Positions 14,529 through 22,270 of a DNA stretch of 32,000 nucleotides are shown here, piece after piece. Made by a program: the position numbers and the translations under genes. The DNA is from Bifidobacterium longum subsp. longum JCM 1217 (GTDB lineage: Bacteria; Actinomycetota; Actinomycetes; Actinomycetales; Bifidobacteriaceae). Under the pieces are notes generated by a model. That model worked only from the letters and a program-made list of their open reading frames with translations. It made no database searches and was not told the origin of the DNA. Within the stretch, counting starts at the first letter, position 1; every line of letters starts with the position of its first letter. The stretch spans positions 2,010,001 through 2,042,000 of the forward strand of contig NC_015067.1 of assembly GCF_000196555.1 (NCBI RefSeq), read 5' to 3'.

Positions 14529-17500
14529 TTATTCAACCTCGCGATAGATCTCACCGATACGGCTGACGATACGGTCGACTTCCTTATCGGGGTTTACGAA
14601 GGCGGCGACACTCCAGACGGTCATCACATTCCAGCCCAAGGAAATGAGATCCTGTGCCGACAAACGATGACGCCTACGCGTGGATTGCACGGACATAAAG
14701 TTCGCGTCATCGGTCTGCACGGCCAAGGCAAACGGCTTGTCCTTCAATCCCACCACGAGCGGAATCTTCACGCCCTTGTCGAATCCATAATCAACAGCAG
14801 CGTTCAGTCCTCGCGCGCGCAACCTGTCGGCGATATCGTCGAACAGCACGTTGCCGCCTGCCGCATCACGCAACGGAAGCACCGGACGGTCGTCAAGCTG
14901 TTCGGCCCACGTCAACATGGTCTTCAGGAACCGAGGACCGGACTGGTGCAGTCGTTCTTCATCCAAATCTTCGGAACCAAAGGCCGACACAATATCCAAG
15001 CTGTGGTCCGCCAATGCCAGGGCATCCAGCAACAGTCCGCGACCGCCTGTGCTTTCGAGCGGACCGAACTGCTGAAGCAGACGTCCGTGCGTGGTTTTCG
15101 CATAGCACATCGACAGAATCACGTCAGTGGCACGACCTCCGGCCACGTCACGCAAGGAAACCAACCGCACATGGCGCAGGAATCGGCCCATCGCCTTGGA
15201 TTTGCCTGCCAACGACTTCAATTCGGCACCCAAGCGTGTGCGGAATGCGTCGGTCAACATCACGACCACAAGTCGATAGCTGGAAGGAACCACGGCAAAA
15301 CCGGCGGCACGTTGCGTAATCAGACGCACCACTTCATCAATCTCCGGCTGGCTGGATTCCACCAGACCAGAAGACATAACCGGCACACCGCTCGCTTCCA
15401 CACGGTGGAATCGCACCTCACCGGCAGCCGGCTCGGTGGCCACATCATAGCGAACAGGACCATATCCCTCGGATTCAAGGAATGCGGACAGGCGCGGCGC
15501 ACGGCGAGACGGGGCAGCATCCACCTCGATATGAGGCAACGTGTCGATCAGCTGCTTGACGCTTTCGCTGGTTACCGTCGCGCAGTGGGCGATCACCACC
15601 ACCTGCTGCACGCGGCCGATGATGGACAGCAACTCGATAGCGGGAATGTGCGCGCACGCATCGAGAATCGCCACATCAGCCAGCACACCCGGCTCGGTGA
15701 GTGCGGCGAGCGTACCCGGCGCGGCCACCAGAATCGGCTTGGCCGCGGCCAGAATCTCCGGATGATCACGGCGAATCCTGCTCAGCGACACACTGGCGCG
15801 CCCTGCCAGCACGGTGTGCATCTGGTTGGCTTCCTGAGTGCGGGAGAACAGCATGTCGCACAGGCGGCGCATGGATTCCTGCGACACCATCGGTCCGATG
15901 GAGCGCACGTGCTCCACATCGACCTGCGCAAAGCGGTCGGATGCGGCCTGCAGCGCGGCACCATCCTGGTTGGAGATGATGGCGGACGAACGCACAATGT
16001 CCTCAAACACGGTGGTCCACCAGGCCAGCTGCACTTCGCCGCGCACCTGCTCCACGCTCACTCGGCGAGCGTTGAGATCGGCGACCAGTTCGTTCAGTCC
16101 GGCAGAGGCGAATTCCTGCTCCAGCAGGCAACGCTCCGGCAAGGTGTCCAGTGCCTTGCGATCATCCAGCAGTGCTTTCAGGCGTGCTTCCACCTTCTCG
16201 AAATCGGCGGTTTCCAGATTGCCACCAGCGGGTGTGGTGGAAAGCACGGTATCCAGCGCGGTCATATTGCTGACCAGCGCCTCTTGGGTGGAGATGATCT
16301 CGTCGAGCTTGCTGGGCAGCACCGGCCAACCGCCGTGAGGCACGAACTGATGCCACTGCTCCCCTTGCTTGGCGACTACCTTCAACGCTTCGTGCAAGTC
16401 CTCGACCTGCGCGCCGACGCGCAGCAGATCCTTGGCTTCCTTGATGTGGCGGCGGCGCTCCCAGAATCCCATCGACGTGCCCTCGGCCTTGCGCTGGCTC
16501 TTCGGCTTGGTGGCCTCGATCATGGAGCTGATGTCTCGCTCGAAAATCTCCGGCTGGAACACGTCAAGCACTCGTCGCAGATTCTTCAAAACCGTAACCT
16601 GACGCTCCCACTCGCGGGTGGTGGGAGGAACCGGGAATCCGCAGGTCTGCACGGTGCGTGCCACCTGCTCACGGGTGGCGGGCAGGAAGCGACGCAGCAA
16701 ATCGTCCACGCGCTGGTAGGCGGTTACTGCCTGTTCTTCAGTGGTGATGGACGCCTTGTACCATGCGGTGTCTTCCGGGCCGATGGTGTATTCGCCGAGC
16801 TCGCCGGCGCGTTCCATCTTGCCGATCCATGTGTCAATATCGTTGGCGATGCTCAGGGCACTTGACTCGTCAAGTCGAACGTGGGTGGCAGGGTGCGTCG
16901 GGAGCACGGAGATACGGGCCAGATTCTGAATGGTCTCGTATGCGGACACATTCCACTTATCATTGCCCCCGTGCAGGTCGCCCAGATAGCGGGTCAAGCG
17001 CGAGCGCACGCCCACGAGTTCGTCGGCCAACTGGTCGAATCGCTGGGTGGCGACTCCCGGTTGGAATCCGACTGCGGCAATCAGCTGCTTATCAAGCGCG
17101 GCGTTGGCGTGTTCATCGGATACATCCAGTACCTGCGCCTTCATCTCATTGGCGGAAGCCGTCTGGATGAACAGACGCTTCTGCTCGGCCACGCCGGGCA
17201 CGTACAGCACGGAACGACCATTCATCAGGCAGCGCGATGCGATGGCCACAGCCTGCTCCGCGGTGCCCTTCGGGAAGGTGCCGTCGACCACGATGCTATG
17301 GCCATTGGCAGCAAGTGACGCGGCATATCGCACCGTATTGTCCACATCGCCGACTTCGTACTCGGCATGCGGGTCTACGTCGAAAGGACTGTATTGCGGA
17401 ATATTGGCATCTTTGAGCGCGGTGCGGGCGGATTCGTCGCCGGCAAGCGCGTCCAACAGCACATTGCCGGTGGGGCCGTTCTCCAGCTGGTCGATGAACT

Positions 17501-18164
17501 GTCGGCTTTCGCTGATCATCTGCGACGAGGGGTCCATGAAGCATCCGAGCACAATCTGGCGCTCGATGGCGAAGTCGGAGATACGCTCCGACGCTTCGGA
17601 CGAAATACGGGCGAACATCGCGGAAGTTTCGGGAGTGCCACTGTCATAGCTGGCACCGTCAAACAGGGAATCCTCATCCAGGAACACCCCCTGCTCACGC
17701 AATGTATTGACGAACGCGACGTTCAGGGCCACGCGACCGGTGAATCGAATGGTGGTCGACAAGCCATCATCCTCGATCGTGACGCTCACCGGGTACAACA
17801 GCACCGGCAGCGCGTTGCCCTTCCATGTGGCCACGCCGACCACGAGCGACAACTCCGCCACGCCGGAAATCCTGCGTTTGGCGGCCTGGTCATCCAGCAC
17901 GCGCCCAATATGGCGTTCGGCGGCCTTAAGCACACCCGTGTCGCGGAACAACGAATCCAACCGGACATGGCCGGAAGCGAACAGCTGGGCGATGCCGGAG
18001 GGATGGGCATGGGTCATCTCCAGCTTCGCGGCCAGTTGATTCACATCCTCGAGCGGCGATGGCGGCTGCATGCTGCGGTATTGGTCACGCCAGCGACGGA
18101 TGCGATTCAGACCTTCCGTGAGATTCTGGTTCTGAGTCTGGCTCTGGGTCATCTCTCGACTCAC
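14529..18164 (-). CDS. DUF4011-type SF1 (Upf1-like) helicase-like protein with degenerate motifs and C-terminal DUF559/Vsr-like endonuclease-fold domain
   Basis: The N-terminus MTHAHPSGIAQL...LDSLFRD......GVAELSLVVGVATWKG...PVLLYPVSV.....VALNVAFVNTLREQGVFLD matches the DUF4011 pattern. The Walker A position reads DGTFPKGT. The motif II position reads ILDACAH. The GD..QLPP position reads IAHCATVT. Then comes SMCYAKTTHGRLLQQFGPLESTGGRG followed by LLLDALALADH where RRLNVAxTRAR is expected. The C-terminus IPLVVGL...FALAVQTDDANFMSVQSTRRRHRLSAQDLISLGWNVMTVWSVAAFVNPDKEVDRIV follows the DUF559-type pattern. Confidence 0.7.
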   Translation of the reverse strand: MSREMTQSQTQNQNLTEGLNRIRRWRDQYRSMQPPSPLEDVNQLAAKLEMTHAHPSGIAQLFASGHVRLDSLFRDTGVLKAAERHIGRVLDDQAAKRRISGVAELSLVVGVATWKGNALPVLLYPVSVTIEDDGLSTTIRFTGRVALNVAFVNTLREQGVFLDEDSLFDGASYDSGTPETSAMFARISSEASERISDFAIERQIVLGCFMDPSSQMISESRQFIDQLENGPTGNVLLDALAGDESARTALKDANIPQYSPFDVDPHAEYEVGDVDNTVRYAASLAANGHSIVVDGTFPKGTAEQAVAIASRCLMNGRSVLYVPGVAEQKRLFIQTASANEMKAQVLDVSDEHANAALDKQLIAAVGFQPGVATQRFDQLADELVGVRSRLTRYLGDLHGGNDKWNVSAYETIQNLARISVLPTHPATHVRLDESSALSIANDIDTWIGKMERAGELGEYTIGPEDTAWYKASITTEEQAVTAYQRVDDLLRRFLPATREQVARTVQTCGFPVPPTTREWERQVTVLKNLRRVLDVFQPEIFERDISSMIEATKPKSQRKAEGTSMGFWERRRHIKEAKDLLRVGAQVEDLHEALKVVAKQGEQWHQFVPHGGWPVLPSKLDEIISTQEALVSNMTALDTVLSTTPAGGNLETADFEKVEARLKALLDDRKALDTLPERCLLEQEFASAGLNELVADLNARRVSVEQVRGEVQLAWWTTVFEDIVRSSAIISNQDGAALQAASDRFAQVDVEHVRSIGPMVSQESMRRLCDMLFSRTQEANQMHTVLAGRASVSLSRIRRDHPEILAAAKPILVAAPGTLAALTEPGVLADVAILDACAHIPAIELLSIIGRVQQVVVIAHCATVTSESVKQLIDTLPHIEVDAAPSRRAPRLSAFLESEGYGPVRYDVATEPAAGEVRFHRVEASGVPVMSSGLVESSQPEIDEVVRLITQRAAGFAVVPSSYRLVVVMLTDAFRTRLGAELKSLAGKSKAMGRFLRHVRLVSLRDVAGGRATDVILSMCYAKTTHGRLLQQFGPLESTGGRGLLLDALALADHSLDIVSAFGSEDLDEERLHQSGPRFLKTMLTWAEQLDDRPVLPLRDAAGGNVLFDDIADRLRARGLNAAVDYGFDKGVKIPLVVGLKDKPFALAVQTDDANFMSVQSTRRRHRLSAQDLISLGWNVMTVWSVAAFVNPDKEVDRIVSRIGEIYREVE

Positions 18165-19708
18165 TTTCCAACCGCTTCGCGGTATTCCTGATAGCCCTTG
18201 TTGTGAGACAGGGCTTCGTCAATATCGGCCTCGCCACGGGCGGCGAGCCAAGAATACATGTCGTCGTACAGGTACGGATTCATGGCGAGGAACGCCAGCA
18301 ATTCGGGATGACGGGCGACTTCGAATTGAACATTGAAATCTTGCGTGGTTTTTGCCTCGTCAGAGGTCAGGCCATCGACTTCGACTGCCGGCTCCTGTGC
18401 TTTCAGCTCGCCCTTGGCCACACGCTCGAACACCGAGCCGGGCTCGAAGACCGGAGTGTGTACGCCCGTGGAGTCGATATCATATGCTTCGGATACCGAC
18501 TGCTGGGCGGTTTCGGCAGCCGGCTGCTGGTCTGCTACGCCTGCTGCGGTGGCTTCTTGATATGCTTCGGCTGCGGTCCGCTGCTGATCGTCCGGTACGT
18601 CAGCTGCCGGCTGGTCGGTTTCAGACTGGGCGGTTGCCGGCTGAGCGGTCTCAGGCTGGGTGTTTTCAGATTGAGCGGCTTCGGCTTCCCGGGCGGCTTC
18701 AGGCTGGGCAACTTCAGCATGCTGTTCGACAGTGTCCGCCGGCTGAGAATCGCCGGCATTCCTGGTATTCGGAGCGGACTGAACGTTTTCGGCTGACTTG
18801 CTTGCGCCAGCCACCACATCGGATTCAACAACCGCCGCCGACGCCACTGCCGGCTCGCTTGTGCTGGGAGCGTGCTTAACAACGGCATGGGCGATGGCAT
18901 CTACTGGAACAATACCGGAGATCCTGCTGTGCTTGGATGCAGGCGTTACAATCGTCGACTCAGGTTCGGTCTGCTGCTTCGGCAGTGCCACGGAGTTCAT
19001 GGCCTGCTGGTTTTTGCGTTCGGTCTCCTGCTCGGCATGCTGGGCCAACGCATCCGCGAACAGATCACGGGGTATGGCCGGCTCATCGTTTTTCGTCACT
19101 GGCTGCGTGATATTCAGCGAGCCAAGTTCAAGCTCGTCGACCTTGCGTCGAACATTATCCGCGCTGAAGATGGCGGTCGGCTCGCCGGCCCGTAAATCAA
19201 GAATATCGTCGACGGACATATCCGCCGCATCCGGCTCCTGCGGTGCTTCGTGAACCGCATAGCCAAACAAATCAGGCACCTTGAGGTCGAGCGGCTTTGC
19301 CACTGGATCGTCGACACGAATGAAGTCCGCAGGCACATCGCCGAACTGCATGCGCATGGGAGACGTCGGCAACAGGAACTCGGCATTGGCCGGCAAGCGC
19401 AACAAATCGCCATTTTCCCGCACCACATACGATCCATTGGTCGATCCAAGATCACGGACCGAGGCCGTGCCATTGCTTTTTACCGTGAACATGGCGTGCC
19501 GTTTGGACATCGATTTGGTTTGATCGGCGACGTCAAGGCGGGTGTTGCCATCATCGGCAAGGGGGCGTAACGGCTTACGGCCGATTTCCACGCACTCCCC
19601 CGGCTTGACGCTGATCCGGTCGACACCGTTGATCTTCACCGTCCACTCGCTCACCGTGACCGCCTTCCTGGACACACTATTTGACCACACTACGTGCCAT
19701 TGTGTCAT
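18161..19708 (-). CDS. FHA-domain protein (N-terminal FHA, long low-complexity linker, small C-terminal domain)
   Basis: FHA signature: EIGRKP (GR), SMSKRHAMF (SxxH), VRDLGSTNGSYV (STNG). Its stop TGA overlaps the GTG start of the next gene (GTGA, 18161-18164). Confidence 0.85.
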   Translation of the reverse strand: MTQWHVVWSNSVSRKAVTVSEWTVKINGVDRISVKPGECVEIGRKPLRPLADDGNTRLDVADQTKSMSKRHAMFTVKSNGTASVRDLGSTNGSYVVRENGDLLRLPANAEFLLPTSPMRMQFGDVPADFIRVDDPVAKPLDLKVPDLFGYAVHEAPQEPDAADMSVDDILDLRAGEPTAIFSADNVRRKVDELELGSLNITQPVTKNDEPAIPRDLFADALAQHAEQETERKNQQAMNSVALPKQQTEPESTIVTPASKHSRISGIVPVDAIAHAVVKHAPSTSEPAVASAAVVESDVVAGASKSAENVQSAPNTRNAGDSQPADTVEQHAEVAQPEAAREAEAAQSENTQPETAQPATAQSETDQPAADVPDDQQRTAAEAYQEATAAGVADQQPAAETAQQSVSEAYDIDSTGVHTPVFEPGSVFERVAKGELKAQEPAVEVDGLTSDEAKTTQDFNVQFEVARHPELLAFLAMNPYLYDDMYSWLAARGEADIDEALSHNKGYQEYREAVGK

Positions 19709-19836
19709 CTTTTACCGGCTTTTGGCGGATTACTGGGCACAGAATTGACAACTTTCGCTCATTGCCAGCTTTGTGTTTCCACGCCGGATCGCGTTCTCCG
19801 CCTCGTCCTCGTCAACTAGTCTACTCAGTATGCGGA

Positions 19837-19905
19837 AACCCCGCAGCCTGAAACACAGGTGCGGGGTTCCTCGAAAAGCTGTGATTGCGGCTTATGCCGC
19901 ACAAA
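19837..19905 (-). terminator. Terminator region after rplL (two hairpins)
   Basis: On the minus strand directly after the TGA there is TGCGGC-ataa-GCCGCA followed by ..GCTTTTCG. A second hairpin AACCCCGC-N16-GCGGGGTT sits at 19837-19868. Confidence 0.5.
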
Positions 19906-20286
19906 TCACTTGAGCTCGACGCTGGCGCCAGCCTCTTCCAGCTGAGCCTTGGCCTTCTCGGCATCTTCCTTCTTGGCCTTCTCGAGGACGGCCTTCGGAG
20001 CGCCGTCGACAAGAGCCTTGGCCTCGGCCAGGCCGAGGTTGGTGATGGCGCGGACAGCCTTGATGACCTGGATCTTCTTGTCGCCGACGGCGGAGAGGAT
20101 GACGTCGAACTCATCCTTCTCTTCCTCAGCCGGAGCAGCAGCGCCAGCAACAGCGGCAACAGCGGCAACCGGAGCGGCAGCCTCGACGTCGAACTTCTCC
20201 TCGAAGGCCTTCACGAACTCGGAGAGCTCGACCAGGGTCATCTCGCCGAAGGCTTCCAGCAGCTCATCGTTGGTGTACTTAGCCAT
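19906..20286 (-). CDS. rplL: 50S ribosomal protein L7/L12
   Basis: [34 protein letters not shown], then an Ala-rich hinge, then [32 protein letters not shown]. Confidence 0.97.
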   Translation of the reverse strand: MAKYTNDELLEAFGEMTLVELSEFVKAFEEKFDVEAAAPVAAVAAVAGAAAPAEEEKDEFDVILSAVGDKKIQVIKAVRAITNLGLAEAKALVDGAPKAVLEKAKKEDAEKAKAQLEEAGASVELK

Positions 20287-20394
20287 TATGGCTTCCTTTC
20301 AATCTTGGCGGCGGACGAAGTGGTAGATCCGCTGCCTAATAAACCTTATTGTTTAAATTATCGAAGCGACTGATTCATGCCGTGAGGGCGTAAA

Positions 20395-20916
20395 TCAGGC
20401 AGCCTTCTCCTGCTTTTCGCGCAGGGCGTCGATCGTGCGCACAGCCTTGGTAGGCAGAGCGTTGAACAGGTACGCGGCCTTGGCCATCGATGCCTTGATG
20501 TCGCCGGCGAATTCGGCAAGCAGCTGCGGGCGGGACTTGAGGTCTGCCAGCTTCTTGGCGCCCTCGGCATCGTAGACAGTGCCGTCAGCGGCGGCACCCT
20601 TGATGACAAGAGCCTTGTTGTCCTTGGCGAAGTCACGGATGACCTTCGCAGCCTCGATGAAGTCGCCCTTCACGAAGGTGATGGCGGTCGGGCCGGAGAG
20701 AATCTCGTCGAGACCCTCAATGCCCGCTTCCTTGGCGGCGATGCGTGCCAGCGTGTTCTTTGCCACGGTGTAGGAAGTATCGCGGCCTAGCTTTTCACGC
20801 AGATCGGAAATCTGCGGAACGGTAAGCCCGCGGTACTCGGTCAGGTAGACGGCGTCAGCGTTACGGAATTCTTCCGTAAGCTGAGCGACTACCGCTTCCT
20901 TTTCGGGCCTCTTCAT
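20395..20916 (-). CDS. rplJ: 50S ribosomal protein L10
   Basis: Start MKRPEKEAVVAQLTEEFRNADAVYLTEYRGLTVPQISDLREKL (ATG 20916). The upstream 65 codons of the track ORF are non-native. Confidence 0.95.
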   Translation of the reverse strand: MKRPEKEAVVAQLTEEFRNADAVYLTEYRGLTVPQISDLREKLGRDTSYTVAKNTLARIAAKEAGIEGLDEILSGPTAITFVKGDFIEAAKVIRDFAKDNKALVIKGAAADGTVYDAEGAKKLADLKSRPQLLAEFAGDIKASMAKAAYLFNALPTKAVRTIDALREKQEKAA

Positions 20917-21110
20917 GGCGTTCCTTCCTAAGTCGGCCGTTGACTTGGAGTTCGGAACTTTCGGCCGGGCAACAAAAAAGCCCTGCGCACAGGCAGAGCA
21001 ATATAATCTCGCGAAGCGACCTTCGCCGGCCCTTGACGGGCTTATATCTCTCAACCTGCGCTGGCTTGGCGAACCAAACTTCGGAAATGCACTCGCGCGC
21101 ACTTCAACCA
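20917..21110 (-). promoter_or_regulatory. rplJ 5' leader (possible L10-leader autoregulatory RNA)
   Basis: About 190-260 nt of untranslated sequence lies upstream of rplJ, with several short stems and a T6 tract (complement of 20974-20979). The L10(L12)4 leader is known in Actinobacteria and Firmicutes. The structure was not verified here. Confidence 0.3.
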
Positions 21111-21184
21111 ACGGTCTGTGGTTTACGGATGATTAGATTACGGATGGTCAGCGACATTGCAGAATTCGGGCGTGTCGCGGGGCA

Positions 21185-22015
21185 TTACAGCGTGGCGGCG
21201 TACTGGGCTACGGACGCGGTGACTTCCTTCAGATAGTCGAGCGAGCGACGCCAGTGGCCGGGCACCTCGATCGAATGGTTGGCATCCGGGTATTCGTGCA
21301 CGTGCGGGGTGAGCGCGTTGGCGCGGGCTTGATCGTAGAACGGGTCGGCGGTGCCGGCGCAGATCAGCGGTGCCGGGCCGGAGTATCGGGAGCTGGCGGC
21401 GTGCGACTGGCCGGCCTGTTCCGCGCGGATGATCGCCCTTGCTTCGGCCACGCTCGGGGCCTCGGATTCGGCGACGATATCATCGCCGACAGCCGGCACC
21501 GGAATCACCCGGGCGGATGGATCGAAGTCGGCGTGATGCAGCACCGGGGTCAGCAGCACGAACGGCAGACCGTAGTGTGAGGCCACATGTGGGTAGGTCA
21601 TCGTCGTCAGCGACTTGCCGATCAGCAACAGGCGAGGGCCGGACGGGGTGTCGGAATCACGGTTCGGCGAGCCAGCTGCGCCATCGGCCAGCACGGTAGC
21701 AGAATCATCGGCGGCAACGCCATCCCCGGAATCACCGGCTTTACCCGCGCCGGACTCGCGCGCGGCGGCCACCCAGCCGTCAATCGCCTGATTGAGGACC
21801 GGAATCACCGTGGACAGGTCGTCGGAAGCGTTGCGTACGTTCATGCGGTCGATTCGCCAGCCGGCCTCGACCAGAGCCTGGGCCGACCAGTAGAGCAGCG
21901 GACGGTCGCAGTTGTAGCCGGTGCCGGGCATCAGCAGTACGCGGCCGTACTCCTGACCGGGCTTGACGACATTCTTCTTCCAAGAGGTGATGCTGACTTC
22001 GACGGCCGGTTTCAT
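21185..22015 (-). CDS. Alpha/beta-hydrolase-fold protein (unknown specificity)
   Basis: Nucleophile-elbow-like LLLIGKSLTT, a later GTADPFYD (Asp) and PDANHSIE (His). The ATG at 22015 is preceded by GGAAGGAAGG. It contains a low-complexity G/A/D/S insert. Confidence 0.55.
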   Translation of the reverse strand: MKPAVEVSITSWKKNVVKPGQEYGRVLLMPGTGYNCDRPLLYWSAQALVEAGWRIDRMNVRNASDDLSTVIPVLNQAIDGWVAAARESGAGKAGDSGDGVAADDSATVLADGAAGSPNRDSDTPSGPRLLLIGKSLTTMTYPHVASHYGLPFVLLTPVLHHADFDPSARVIPVPAVGDDIVAESEAPSVAEARAIIRAEQAGQSHAASSRYSGPAPLICAGTADPFYDQARANALTPHVHEYPDANHSIEVPGHWRRSLDYLKEVTASVAQYAATL

Positions 22016-22121
22016 CGCGCGCCTTCCTTCCACGGGTGTGTCCTGCGTGTCCCCCTGAGTTGTTCCGAATTATTCTGGCAGTCAGTCTACTCCCGGACCC
22101 GTTCACGTTGCCTCCACAAGC

Positions 22122-22127
22122 TATAAT
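22122..22127 (+). promoter_or_regulatory. Perfect TATAAT -10 hexamer upstream of the purine permease
   Basis: caagcTATAATcgg lies 144 nt upstream of the ATG. No convincing -35 was seen, which is common in Actinobacteria. Confidence 0.4.
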
Positions 22128-22270
22128 CGGCCACGGTTCTGATTGGGTGCGCAGCGCCTGACGCGCGTTGGGCAGGCCGATCAGGGCGAGTCGCAATTCT
22201 CGCCGGGGCCAGCCGCAGCATTATGCACGCGGTGCGCAGCCCCGCATAAACCCAAGGAAGTAGAGAGTAA

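Noticed and set aside
14667-16865. 732-aa plus-strand ORF (and 17367-18191, 6328-7380, 3570-4427, 10195-10875) antisense to annotated genes
   Set aside because: All lie opposite ORFs with clear family signatures. They are R/G/H/Q-rich and lack start-site context.
22115-22190. Purine (guanine/adenine) riboswitch upstream of the purine permease, suggested by TATAATCGG
   Set aside because: Only the TATAATCG string resembles the J1/2 region. The conserved cores TTTCTACC and CCGTAAAT and the P2/P3 loop-loop motifs are absent. TATAAT is better explained as a -10 box.
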